This document shows, one piece after another, positions 1 through 13,099 of a stretch of DNA of 64,000 nucleotides. Under the pieces are notes generated by a model that saw nothing but the letters and a program-made list of their open reading frames with translations, was not told where the DNA came from and did not search any database. This stretch comes from Squalus acanthias (taxonomy: Eukaryota): the NCBI GenBank assembly GCA_030390025.1, contig JASTWF010000034.1, positions 558,001-622,000 of the forward strand. Direction: 5' to 3'. A program made the position numbers and the translations under genes. Positions within the stretch are counted from its first letter, which is position 1. Each line of letters begins with the position of its first letter.

Positions 1-3000
1 GTGGGGCCACATTCGGAGGAGCAGTAGGGTGGGAAGGGGGAACAGCGCAGGGGATGGAGGTCACCCTCGCTGCAGCCACTGGGGCCACATTAGGAGGAGC
101 AGTAGGGTGGGAAGGGGGTAAGTGCGCAGGGGGTGGAGGTCACCCTCGCTGCAGCCACTGGGGCCACATTAGGTGGAGCAGTAGGGTGGGAATTGGGGAA
201 GTGCGCAGGGGGTGGAGGTCACCCTTGCTGCAGCCACTGGGACCACATCAGGAGGAGCACTAGGGCGGGAAGGGGGGAAGTGCGCAGGGGATGGAGGACT
301 CCCTTGCTGCAGCCAGTTGGGCCACATTAGGAGGAACAGCTGTTTGGGAAGGGGGGATGTGCGCAGGGGTTGGAGGTCACCCTTGCTGCAGCCACTGGGG
401 CCACATTCGGTGTAGCAGAAGGGGGGGAAGTCCGCAGGGGATGGAGGTCACCCTCGCTGCAGCCACTGGGACAACATTACAGAGGAGGAGTAGGGTGGGG
501 AGGGTGTAAGTGCGCAGGGAGTGGAGGTCATCATTGCTGCAGCCACTGGGGCCACATTAGGAGGAGCAGTAGCGTGGGAAGGGGGGAAGTGCGCAGGGGG
601 TGGAGGTCACCCTTGCTGCAGCCAGTAGGGCCACATTACAGAGGAGCAGTAGGGTGGGAAGAGGGGATGTGCGCAGGGGGTGGAGGTCACACTTGCTGCA
701 GCTACTGGGGCCACATTAGGAGGAGCAATAGGGTGGGAAGGGGGGAAGTGCGCAGGGGATGGAGGTCACTCTCGCTGCAGCCACTGGGCCACATTATGAG
801 GAGCAGTAGGGTGTTAAGGGGGGGAAGTGCGCAGGGGATGGAGTTCACCCTTGCTGCAGCCAGTGGTGCCACATTAGGAGGAGCAGTAGGCTGGGAAGTG
901 GGGAAGTGCGCAGGGGATGGAGGTCACCCTTGCTGCAGCCAGTGGGGCCACATTAGGAGGAGCAGTAGGGTGGGAAGGGGGGAAGTGCGCAGGGGATGGA
1001 GGTCACCCTCGCTGCAGCCACTGGGGCCACATTACAGAGGAGCAGTAGGGTGGGAAGGGGGGAAGAGCGCAGGGGATGGAGATCAGCCTTGCTGCAGCCA
1101 GTGGGGCCACATTACAGAGGAACAGTAGGGTGGGAAGTGGGGAAGTGCGCAGTGGGTGGAGGTCACCCTCGCTGCAGCCACTGGGGCCACATTAGGAGGA
1201 GCAGTAGGGTGGGAAGGGGGGAAGTGCGCAGGGGATGGAGGTCACACTTGCTGCAGCCACTGGGGCCACATTAGGAGGAGCAGTAGGGTGGGAAGGGGGG
1301 AAGTGCGCAGGGGATGGAGGTCACACTTGCTGCAGCCACTGGGGCCACATTAGGAGGAGCAGTAGGGTGCGAAGTGGGGGGAAGTGCGCAGGGGATGGAG
1401 GTCACCCTCGCTGCAGCCACTGGGGCCACATTAGGAGGAGCAGTAGGGTGGGAAGGGGGGAAGTGCGCAGGGGATTGAGGTCACCCTTGCTGCAGCCACT
1501 GGGGCCACATTAGGAGGAGCAGTAGGGTGGGAAGGGGGGAAGTGCGCAGGGGATGGAGGTCACACTTGCTGCAGCCACTGGGGCCACATTAGGAGGAGCA
1601 GTAGGGTGCGAAGTGGGGGGAAGTGCGCAGGGGATGGAGGTCACCCTCGCTGCAGCCACTGGGGCCACATTAGGAGGAGCAGTAGGGTGGGAAGGGGGGA
1701 AGTGCGCAGGGGATTGAGGTCACCCTTGCTGCAGCCACTGGGGCCACATTAGGAGGAGCAGTAGGGTGGGAAGGGGGAAAAGTGCGCAGGGGATGGAGGT
1801 CACCCTTGCTGCAGCCACTGGGGGCTACATTCGGAGGAGCATTAGGGTGGGAAGGGGGAAAGTGCGCAGGGGATGGAGGTCACCCTTGCTATAGCCACTG
1901 GGGGCACATTAGGAGGAGCAGTAGGGTGGTAAGGGGGAAAGTGCGCAGGGGATGGAGGTCACCCTTGCTGCAGCCACTGGGGCCACATTACAGAGGAGCA
2001 GTAGGGTGGGAAGGGGGGAGGTGGGCCGGGGGTGGAAGTCACCCTTGCTGCAGCCAGCGGGGCCACATTAGGAGGAGCAGTAGGGTGGGAAGGGGGGAAG
2101 TGCGCATGGGGTGGACGTCACCCTTGCTGCAGCCACTGGGGCCACATTAGGAGGAGCAGTAGAGTGGGAAGGTGGGAAGTGCGCAGGGGATGGAGGTCAC
2201 AGTCGCTGCAGCCACTGTGGACACATTACAGAGGAGCAGTAGGGTAGGAAGTGGGGATATGCGCAGGGGATGGATGTCACCCTCGCTGCAGCCAGTGGGG
2301 CCACATTACAGAAGAGCAGTAGGGAGGGAACGGGGGAAATGTGCAGGGAATGGAGGTCACCCGTGCTGCAGCCACTGGGGCCACATGAGGAGGAGCAGTC
2401 GGGTGGGAAGGGGAGAAGTGCGCAGGGGATGGAGGTCACCCTCGCTGCAGCCAGTGGGCCCACATTACAGAGGAGCAGTAGGGTGGGAAGGGGGGAAGTG
2501 CGCAGGGGATGGATGTCACCCTCGCTGCAGCCACATTACAGAGGAGCAGTAGGGTGGGAAGGGGGGAAGTGCGCAGGGGATGGTGGTCAGCCTTGCTGCA
2601 GCCAGTGGGGCCACATTACAGAGGAACAGTAGGGTGGGAAGGGGGGAAGTGCGCAGTGGGTGGAGGTCACCCTCGCTGCAGCCACTGGGGCCACATTAGG
2701 AGGAGCAGTAGGGTGGGAAGGGGGGAAGTGCGCAGGGGATGGAAGTCACACTTGCTGCAGCCACTGGGGCCACATTGGGAGGAGCAGTAGGGTGGGAAGG
2801 GGGGAAGTGCGCAGGGGATGGAGGTCACCCTTGCTGCAGCCACTGGGGATACATTAGGAGGAGCAGTAGGGTGGGAAGGGGGAAAGTGCGCAGAGGATGG
2901 AGGTCACCCTCGCTGCAGCCACTGGGGCCACATTAGGAGGAGCAGTAGGGTGGGAAGAGGGAAGTGCGCAGGGGATGGAGGTCACCCTCGCTGCAGCCAG

Positions 3001-6000
3001 TGGGCCCACATTACAGAGGAGCAGTAGGGTGGGAAGGGGGGAAGTGCGCAGGGGGTGGAGGTCACCCGTTTGCAGCCAGTGGGGCCACATTCGGAGGAGC
3101 AGTAGGGTGGGAAGGGGGAACCGCGCAGGGGATGGAGGTCACCCTCGCTGCAGCCACTGGGGCCACATTAGGAGGAGCAGTAGGGTGGGAAGGGGGTAAG
3201 TGCGCAGGGGGTGGAGGTCACCCTCGCTGCAGCCACTGGGGCCACATTAGGTGGAGCAGTAGGGTGGGAAGGGGGGAAATGCGCAGGGGATCGAGGTCAC
3301 CCTTGCTGCAGCCACTGGGGCCACATTACAGAGGAGCAGTAGGGTGGGAATTGGGGAAGTGCGCAGGGGATGGAGGTCACCCTTGCTGCAGCCACTGGGG
3401 CCACATTACAGAGGAGCAGTAGGGTGGGAATTGGGGAAGTGCGCAGGGGGTGGAGGTCACCCTTGCTGCAGCCACTGGGACCACATCAGGAGGAGCACTA
3501 GGGCGGGAAGGGGGGAAGTGCGCAGGGGATGGAGGACTCCCTTGCTGCAGCCAGTTGGGCCACATTAGGAGGAACAGCTGTTTGGGAAGGGGGGATGTGC
3601 GCAGGGGTTGGAGGTCACCCTTGCTGCAGCCACTGGGGCCACATTCGGTGTAGCAGAAGGGGGGGAAGTCCGCAGGGGATGGAGGTCACCCTCGCTGCAG
3701 CCACTGGGACAACATTACAGAGGAGGAGTAGGGTGGGGAGGGTGTAAGTGCGCAGGGAGTGGAGGTCATCATTGCTGCAGCCACTGGGGCCACATTAGGA
3801 GGAGCAGTAGCGTGGGAAGGGGGGAAGTGCGCAGGGGGTGGAGGTCACCCTTGCTGCAGCCAGTAGGGCCACATTACAGAGGAGCAGTAGGGTGGGAAGA
3901 GGGGATGTGCGCAGGGGGTGGAGGTCACACTTGCTGCAGCTACTGGGGCCACATTAGGAGGAGCAATAGGGTGGGAAGGGGGGAAGTGCGCAGGGGATGG
4001 AGGTCACTCTCGCTGCAGCCACTGGGCCACATTATGAGGAGCAGTAGGGTGTTAAGGGGGGGAAGTGCGCAGGGGATGGAGTTCACCCTTGCTGCAGCCA
4101 GTGGTGCCACATTAGGAGGAGCAGTAGGCTGGGAAGGGGGGAAGTGCGCAGGGGATGGAGGTCACCCTTGCTGCAGCCAGTGGGGCCACATTAGGAGGAG
4201 CAGTAGGGTGGGAAGGGGGGAAGTGCGCAGGGGATGGAGGTCACCCTCGCTGCAGCCACTGGGGCCACATTACAGAGGAGCAGTAGGGTGGGAAGGGGGG
4301 AAGAGCGCAGGGGATGGAGATCAGCCTTGCTGCAGCCAGTGGGGCCACATTACAGAGGAACAGTAGGGTGGGAAGTGGGGAAGTGCGCAGTGGGTGGAGG
4401 TCACCCTCGCTGCAGCCACTGGGGCCACATTAGGAGGAGCAGTAGGGTGGGAAGGGGGGAAGTGCGCAGGGGATGGAGGTCACACTTGCTGCAGCCACTG
4501 GGGCCACATTAGGAGGAGCAGTAGGGTGGGAAGGGGGGAAGTGCGCAGGGGATGGAGGTCACACTTGCTGCAGCCACTGGGGCCACATTAGGAGGAGCAG
4601 TAGGGTGCGAAGTGGGGGGAAGTGCGCAGGGGATGGAGGTCACCCTCGCTGCAGCCACTGGGGCCACATTAGGAGGAGCAGTAGGGTGGGAAGGGGGGAA
4701 GTGCGCAGGGGATTGAGGTCACCCTTGCTGCAGCCACTGGGGCCACATTAGGAGGAGCAGTAGGGTGGGAAGGGGGGAAGTGCGCAGGGGATGGAGGTCA
4801 CACTTGCTGCAGCCACTGGGGCCACATTAGGAGGAGCAGTAGGGTGCGAAGTGGGGGGAAGTGCGCAGGGGATGGAGGTCACCCTCGCTGCAGCCACTGG
4901 GGCCACATTAGGAGGAGCAGTAGGGTGGGAAGGGGGGAAGTGCGCAGGGGATGGAGGTCACACTTGCTGCAGCCACTGGGGCCACATTAGGAGGAGCAGT
5001 AGGGTGCGAAGTGGGGGGAAGTGCGCAGGGGATGGAGGTCACCCTCGCTGCAGCCACTGGGGCCACATTAGGAGGAGCAGTAGGGTGGGAAGGGGGGAAG
5101 TGCGCAGGGGATTGAGGTCACCCTTGCTGCAGCCACTGGGGCCACATTAGGAGGAGCAGTAGGGTGGGAAGGGGGAAAAGTGCGCAGGGGATGGAGGTCA
5201 CCCTTGCTGCAGCCACTGGGGGCTACATTCGGAGGAGCATTAGGGTGGGAAGGGGGAAAGTGCGCAGGGGATGGAGGTCACCCTTGCTATAGCCACTGGG
5301 GGCACATTAGGAGGAGCAGTAGGGTGGTAAGGGGGAAAGTGCGCAGGGGATGGAGGTCACCCTTGCTGCAGCCACTGGGGCCACATTACAGAGGAGCAGT
5401 AGGGTGGGAAGGGGGGAGGTGGGCCGGGGGTGGAAGTCACCCTTGCTGCAGCCAGCGGGGCCACATTAGGAGGAGCATTAGGGTGGGAAGGGGGGAAGTG
5501 CGCATGGGGTGGACGTCACCCTTGCTGCAGCCACTGGGGCCACATTAGGAGGAGCAGTAGAGTGGGAAGGTGGGAAGTGCGCAGGGGATGGAGGTCACAG
5601 TCGCTGCAGCCACTGTGGACACATTACAGAGGAGCAGTAGGGTAGGAAGTGGGGATATGCGCAGGGGATGGATGTCACCCTCGCTGCAGCCAGTGGGGCC
5701 ACATTACAGAGGAGCAGTAGGGTGGGAACGGGGGGAAGTGCGCAGGGGATGGAGGTCACCCTTGCTGCAGCCACTGGGGCCACATGAGGAGGAGCAGTCG
5801 GGTGGGAAGGGGAGAAGTGCGCAGGGGATGGAGGTCACCCTCGCTGCAGCCAGTGGGCCCACATTACAGAGGAGCAGTAGGGTGGGAAGGGGGGAAGTGC
5901 GCAGGGGGTGGAGGTCACCCGTTTGCAGCCAGTGGGGCCACATTCGGAGCAGCAGTAGGGTGGGAAGGGGGAACCGGGCAGGGGATGGAGGTCACCCTCG

Positions 6001-8573
6001 CTGCAGCCACTGTTGCCACATTAGGAGGAGCAGTAGGGTGGGAAGGGCGTAAGTGCGCAGTGCGTGGAGGTCACCCGCGCTGCAGCCACTGGGGCCACAT
6101 TAGGAGGAGCAGTAGGGTGGGAAGGGGGGAAGTGCGCAGGGGATGGAGGTCACCCTTGCTGCAGCCAGTGGGACCACATTAGGAGGAGCAGTAGGGTGGG
6201 AAGGGGGGAAGTGCGCTGGGGATGGAGGTCACCCTTGCTGCAGCCAGTGGGGCCACATTAGGAGGAACAGCAGTTTGGGAAGGGGTGATGTGCGCAGGGG
6301 GTGGAGGTCACCCTTGCTGCAGCCAGTAGGGCCACATTACAGAGGAGCAGTAGGGTGGGAAGAGGGGAAGTGCGCAGGGGGTGGAGGTCACCCTTGCTGC
6401 AGCCACTGGGGCCACATTAGGAGGAGCAGTAGTGTGGGAAGGGGGGAAGTGCGCAGGGGATGGAGGTCACTCTCGCTGCAGCCACTGGGCCACATTAGGA
6501 GGAGCAGTCGGGTGGGAAGGGGGGGAAGTGCACAGGGGATTGAGGTCACCCTTGCTGCAGCCACTGGGGCCACATTAGGAGGAGCAGTAGGGTGGGAAGG
6601 GGGGAAGTGCGCAGGGGATGGAGGTCACACTTGCTGCAGCCACTGGGGCCACATTAGGAGGAGCGTTAGGGTGCGAAGTGCGGGGAAGTGCGCAGGGGAT
6701 GGAGGTCACCCTCGCTGCAGCCACTGGGGCCACATTAGGAGGAGCATTAGGGTGGGAAGGGGGGAAGTGCGCAGGGCATGGAGGTCACCCTTGCTGCAGC
6801 CACTGGGGGTACATTAGGAGGAGCAGTAGGGTGGGAAGGGGGAATGTGCGCAGGGGATGGAGGTCACCCTTGCTGCAGCCACTGGGGGCCACATTAGGAG
6901 GAGCATTAGGGTGGGAAGGGGGAAAGTGCGCAGGGGATGGAGTTCACCCTTGCTGCAGCCACTGGGGGCACATTAGGAGGAGCAGTAGGGTGGGAAGGGG
7001 GAAAGTGCGCAGGGGATGGAGGACACCCTTGCTGCAGCCACTGGGGCCACATTACAGAGGAGCAGTAGGGTGGGAAGAGGGGAGGTGGGCCGGGGGTGGA
7101 AGTCACCCTTGCTGCAGCCAGCGGGGCCATATTAGGAGGAGCAGTAGGGTGGGAAGGGGGGAAGTGCGCATGGGGTGGAGGTCACCTTTGCTGCAGCCAC
7201 TGGGGCCACATTCGGAGGAGCAGTAGAGTGGGAAGGTGGGAAGTGCGCAGGGGATGGAGGTCACCCTCGCTGCAGCCACTGTGGCCACATTACAGAGGAG
7301 CAGTAGGGTGGGAAGGGGGGATATGCGCAGGGGATGGATGTCACCCTCGCTGCAGCAAGTGGGTCCACATTACAGAAGAGCAGTAGGGAGTTAACGGGGG
7401 AAATGCGCAGGGGATGGAGGTCACCCTTGCTGCAGCCACTGGGGCCACATGAGGAGGAGCAGTTGGGTGGGAAGGGGGGAAGTGCGCAGGGGATGGAGGT
7501 CACCCTCGCTGCAGCCAGTGGGCCCACATTACAGAGGAGCAGTAGGGTGGGAAGGGGGAACCGCGCAGGGGATGGAGGTCACCCTCGCGGCAGCCACTGG
7601 TGCCACATTAGGAGGAGCAGTAGGGTGGGAAGGGGGTAAGTACGCAGGGGTTGGAGGTCACCCTCGCTGCAGCCACTGGGGCCACATTAGGAGGAGCAGT
7701 AGGGTGGGAAGGGGGGAAGTGCGCAGGGGATGGAGGTCACCCTTGCTGCAGCCGCTGGGGCCACATTACAGAGGAGCAGTAAGGTGGGAAGGGGGGAAGT
7801 GCGCAAGTGTTGGAGGTCACCCTTGCTGCAGCCACTGGGGCAACATTCGGTGTAGCAGAAGCGGGGGGGGAAGTCCGCAGGGGATGGAGGTCACCCTCGC
7901 TGCAGCCACTGGGACAACATTACAGAGGAGCAGTAGGGTGGGAAGGGGGGAAGTGCGCAGGGGGTGGAGGTCACACTTGCTGCAGCCACTCGGGCCACAT
8001 TAGTAGGAGCAGTAGGCTGGGAAGGGGGGAAGTGCGCAGGGGATGGACGTCACCCTCGCTGCAGCCACTGGGGCCACATGAGGAGAAGCAGCAGGGTGGG
8101 AAGGGTGTAAGTACGCAGGGGATGGAGGTCACCCTTGCTGCAGGCACTGGGGCCACATTACAGAGGAGCAGTAGGGTGGGAAGGGGGGAAGTGCGCAGTG
8201 GCTGGAGGTCACCCTTGCTGCAGTCACTGGGGCCACATGAGGAGGAGCAGTAGAGTGGGAAGGGGGGAAGTGTGCAGAGGGATGGAGGTCACCCTTGCTG
8301 CAGCCACTGGGGCCACATTACAGAGGAGCAGTAGGGTGGGAAGGGGGGAAGTGCGCAGAGGGATGGAGGTCACCCTCGCTGCAGCCACGGGGCCACATTA
8401 GGAGGAGCAGTAGGGTGGGAAGGGGGGATATGCGCAGGGGATGGAGGTCACCCTTGCTGCAGCCACTGGGGCCACATTACGAGGTGCAGTCGGGTGGGAA
8501 GGGGGGAAGTGCGCAGGGGATGGAGGTCACCCTTGCTGCCGCCAGTGGGCCACATTAGGAGGAGCAGTAGGGT
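1..8573. repeat. G-rich satellite, 79-80 bp monomer (~107 copies visible), with ~3-kb higher-order repeat; runs off the left edge
   Basis: Monomer ggggccacattaggaggagcagtagggtgggaaggggggaagtgcgcaggggatggaggtcacccttgctgcagccact. Near-identical ORF translations recur at offsets of 3238 (370 vs 3608) and 3398 (1782 vs 5180). Confidence 0.98.
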
Positions 8574-10105
8574 ATAGGCCCATTCTGCACAATCTCTTAT
8601 CAAAGGACAGCCCTTTCATCCCAGGAATCAATCTAGTGAACCTTCGTTGCACTACCTCCAAGGCAAGTATATCCTTCCTTAGAGAAGGAGACCAAAACTG
8701 TGCACAGTACTCCAGGTGTGATCTCACCAAGGCCCTGTACAATTGTAGCAAGACTTCCTTACTCTTATACTCCAACCCCCTTGCAATAAAGGCCAACATG
8801 TCATTTGCCTTCTTTATTGCTTGCTGTACCTGCATGCTAGCTTTCTGTGTTTCTTGCACGAGGACACCCAAATCTCTCTGAACACCAACATTTGAAAGTT
8901 TCTCACCATTTAAAAAAATTTCAGTTTTTCTATTCTTCCTACCAAAGTGAATAACCTTACATTTCCCTACATTACACTCCATCTGCCACCTTACTGCCCA
9001 CTCACTTAATCTATCTATATCTCTTTGCAGACTCTGTGTTCTCCTCACTTACTGTCCCACCTAGCTTTGTATCATCAGCAAACTTGGATACATTACACTC
9101 GGTCCCTTCATCTAGGTCATTAATGTAGATTGTAAATAACTGCCCCCAGCACTGATCCTTGCGGCACCCCACTAGTTACAGCCTGCCAACCTGAAAAAGA
9201 TCAGTTTATCCCTACTCTCTGTTTTCTGTCCGTTAACCAATCCTCCATCCATGCTACTATATTACACCCAACCCCGTGAGCCCTAATCTTGTGTAATAAC
9301 CTTTTACGTGGCATCTTATCGAATGCCTTTTGGAAATCCAAATATACTACATCCACTGGTTCCCCTTTATCTACCCTGCTAGTTACATTCTCAAAAAACT
9401 CATAAATTTGTCAAACACGATTTCCCTTTCACAAAACCATGTTGACTCTGCCTAATCATGTTATGATTTTCTAAGTGCCCTGATACCGCTTCCTTAAAAA
9501 TGGATTCCAGCATTTTCCCGACGACTGATGTCAGGCTAACTGGCCTGCAGTTCCCGGTTTTTTTTCTCCCTCTTTTCTTGAATAGTGGTGTTACATTTAT
9601 GACCTTCCAGTCCGCTGGGACCATTCCAGAATCTAGGGAATTTTGGTAGATCAAAACCAATGCATCCACTATCTCTTCAGCCACCTCTTTTAGAACCCTA
9701 GGATGTAGGCCGTCAGATCCAGGGGATTTGTCGGCTTTTAGTCCCATTAGTTTCTCTGGTACTTTTTGTCAACTTATATTAATTACGTTAAGTTCCCCAC
9801 CCTCATTAGACCCTTGGTTCCCCACCATTTTCGGTATGCTTTTTGTGTCTTCTACTGTGAAGACAGATACAAAATATTTGTTTAACATTTCTGCTATGAT
9901 CACTCGGCCCCAGAGGATCCTTTACTGAGATTGTTAATTAACCCTGTCTCATTACACAATACAAGATCTAAAATAGCCTGTTCCCTGGTTGGTTCCATGA
10001 CATATTGTTCTCGGAAACTGTCCCGAATGCATTCCATGAACTTGTCCTCCAGACTACCTTTGCCAATTTGATTTATCCAGTCTATAATGAAGATTAAAGT
10101 CCCCC
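8574..10105 (-). mobile_element. CR1 LINE ORF2 fragment (RT plus part of endonuclease), internally deleted, 3' end missing
   Basis: Translations GLKADKSPGSDGLHPRVLKE, QHGFVKGKSCLTNL, LEYCAQFWSP. Jumps from the RT N-terminal region to endonuclease sequence at ~9895. Confidence 0.93.
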
Positions 10106-12420
10106 AACCTTGTACATCCTCTTCATCTATTTTTATCCTATGCAATATTGTTATTGCCTCCTCCTTTACTGCTACATTGGCAGCATCCTCTTCTCTGGTG
10201 AAGACTGAAGTAAAGTACTCATTTAGTATCTCAGCCATTGCCCTCTGCCTCCACAAGATGATGTTTTTGGTCCCGAATCGGCCCCAGCCTTCCTTTGACT
10301 ACCCTTTTACTATTTATGTGTTTATAAAAGACTTTTGGGTTCCCTTTTATGTTAGCCGCTAATCTATTCTCATACTCTCTCTTTGCCCCTCTTATTCCCT
10401 TTTTATATCTCCTCTGTACTTTCTATATTCAGCTTGGTTTTCTACTATCTTATTAACCTTAGAATTGTCATAAGCCTCCTTTTTCATTCTTATTTTAACC
10501 TCTATATCTTTAGTCATCCAGGGAGCTCCAGCTTTGGATGCCCTTCCTTTCCCCCTCATGGCAATGTGTCTACTCTGTACACAAACCATCTCCTCTTTGA
10601 AGCCCTCCCATTGTTCAATTACTGTTTTGCCAACCAACTTTTGATTCCAATCCACTTGGGCCAGATCCCTTTTCAACTCACTGAAGTTAGCCCTCCTCCA
10701 GTTAAATATTTTTACACTTGTCCTTTTCCATAACTATTTTTAAGCTGACGATATTCTGATCACTGTTCCCCAAATGCTCTTCCACTGAAACATGCTCCAC
10801 TTCATTCCCCAGAACTAGATCCAGCACTGCTTCCTTCCTCGTTGGGCTGGAAACAGTGTTCAAGAAAATTCTCTTGTACGCATTTCAGGAATTCCTCCCC
10901 CTCTTCGCCCTTTAGACTGTTGCTATCCCAGTCTATATTAGGATAATTGAAGTCTCCCATTATCACTACTCTGTAGTTCGTGTATCTTTCTGTAATTTGC
11001 CTGCAAATTTGCTCCATTATCTCCTTCCCATTATTTGGTGGCCTATAGTATACACCCTGTAGCATAATAGCTCATCTACTGTTCCATAAATCTAACCAAA
11101 TAGATTCTGTCATCACCCCCTCAACTACATCATCCCTCTCCAGTGCTACAATAGTTTCATTGATCAGTATTGCCACCTCCTCCTTTTTTCCCCCTTCCCT
11201 CTCTTTCCTGAATACCTTGTAGCCAGAAATATTAAGTTCCCAATCCTCCCCTTCTTTGAGCCAGGTCTCTGTTATTCCCACTATATCATTGTCCCATGTG
11301 GTGACTTGTGCCTGTGGCTCACCAACCTTATTTCTCACGCTCCGTGCATTTACGCACATGCACTCCAAACCCATCTTAGACTGCTTCGCATTTGCCCCCC
11401 GTCTGATCCCTCCCATTTCTGAACTATTGTTTGATCTAGTGCTATTTGCCTCTCCAAGTCCTCTGTGCACCTTGTTTCTCCTCTCTAATGTTTCATCCTG
11501 GAGCACACCTCCTGCCAAATTAGTTTAAACCCTCCCCCACAGCACCAGTTAACCTTCCCGTGAGGATGTTGGTCCCAGCTCTGTTGAGGTGCAACCCATC
11601 CACCTTGGACAGGTCCCTCCTGCCCCAGAACTGGTCCCAATGCCCCAGGAATCTGAAGTCCTCCTTCCTGCTTCATTTCTCCAGCCACGCATTAACCTGT
11701 CTTATCCGACTATTCCTACACTCACTAGTGCATGGCACTGGGAGTAATCCAGAGATTGCTACCTTTCAGGTCCTGCTCTTTAATTTCCTCCAGAGTTCCT
11801 GAAACACCGACTGCAGGACCGCAACTCTTTTCTTTTCTGTGTCATTGGTTCCTATATGGACTACGACTTCGAGCTGTTCAACTCCCCCCCCCCCCATAAA
11901 ATGTTCTGCACCCTCTCCGTGATGTCCTTTACCCTGGCACCAGGGAGACAACACACCGGGCAGGACTCACATCCGGGGTTGCAGAAACACCTGTCTATCC
12001 CCCTGACTATCGAATCCCCTATGACCACTGCATTTCTACACTTTGCTGTGCCCCCCTGTGCAGTCATTTGCCCCACAGTGCAGTGGATGCTCTCCAGACT
12101 GCACTCCCCCGAGGTTTGCGAGTGCCACATTCCCGGAGGATTCCTGCACTGCCTGCCTCTTCCTACCCTGCCGGACGGCCACCCAGTTACAATTCCCATG
12201 AACTCTCCTGTAGCTGCGGGGTGACCACCTCCTGCAACGTGCGCTCCAGGAAATTCTCAGCCTCCCGTCTGCCCTGCAGTGACTCCAGCCGCTCCTCAAG
12301 CTCAGAAACCCTGAGCTCGAGTTCCAGCCACTGGAGGCACTTCCTGCACCCGCGGTTATCCGGGACACGTGAAGCGTCCTGAAGTTCCCACATGGCACAG
12401 GAATTGCAGCAATCGGCCCA
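10106..12420 (-). mobile_element. CR1 LINE 5' half: degraded ORF1 (zinc finger + SGNH esterase) and APE endonuclease
   Basis: MWELQDASRVPDNRGCRKC, VIGDSIVRGIDR, VNARSVRNK, GITETWL, YRPPN, MGDFNYPNIDW; many frameshifts. Confidence 0.92.
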
Positions 12421-12569
12421 TCATTTCGCTTAAAAGTCTATCTACTTAAGCTGTAGATATGATGTTGGGTTAGTCTCCCCTTATCCCTACCATTCAATCA
12501 GTGACTGGCCCTTTGCCAGGCCCGCTGACTGTGGCCCCTCTCCCAGATTCCAGCCCCAGCTCTGTGCTG

Positions 12570-13085
12570 ACTGAGCTGCTCTCACCTGGGGACAGCGCGT
12601 CACAATCGGCCCCAGCGCACCTGAGCTGCTCACCAGACCCCGCACCCCTTGCTGCGCCGCCATTGGTTGGAGGACCCGCCGCCCGCTCGGTCCTCCAGCC
12701 CCGCCCCGCTCTTCCTATTGGTCCGAGCTCCCGTCAATCAGGTAGAGCCCCGGGATCACGTGCTCCAGTTCACTCCGTCCCCTCGCCACCCCGAGTGATG
12801 GATGCGGCTGAATCCGCTCCATTCGGTGTCCGGGGAGCTCCCGCCCGACTCTCGGGTTTGTATTTTACTTTATTTTCTCTCTCTCTCCGTCCCCACTCCC
12901 CGCCTAACCGCAAGCTAACTCGGTGCAGCAAACTCACTTTCCGTCGGTGACTCGGCCTCAACGGCCGCCCGTTCACCTTACCCAGGAGCCCCCGCGCGGT
13001 TGCCCCGGTGACCCCAGCGCGCAGGCGCAGCAGCGGCCGGATTGTTGGCCTGAGTTCTGCCTCCTGAGCATGCGCGGCGCCCAGC
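12570..13085. promoter_or_regulatory. CpG-rich promoter-like region with CCAAT/GC-box core paralogous to the 25.4-kb ZNF promoter; exon-1-like donor on minus strand
   Basis: 12662-12740 is the reverse complement of 25401-25478 (two CCAAT boxes, GC box, tggaggacc/ggtcctcca hairpin). Minus-strand cag|gtgagagcagctcag at ~12571-12588. NRF1-like gcatgcgc near 13068. Confidence 0.7.
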
Positions 13086-13099
13086 CGGTGACCTCATCA

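Noticed and set aside
54..8558. Dozens of MEVTLAAATG... ORFs
   Set aside because: Translations of the 79/80-bp satellite in shifting frames; no coding signal.
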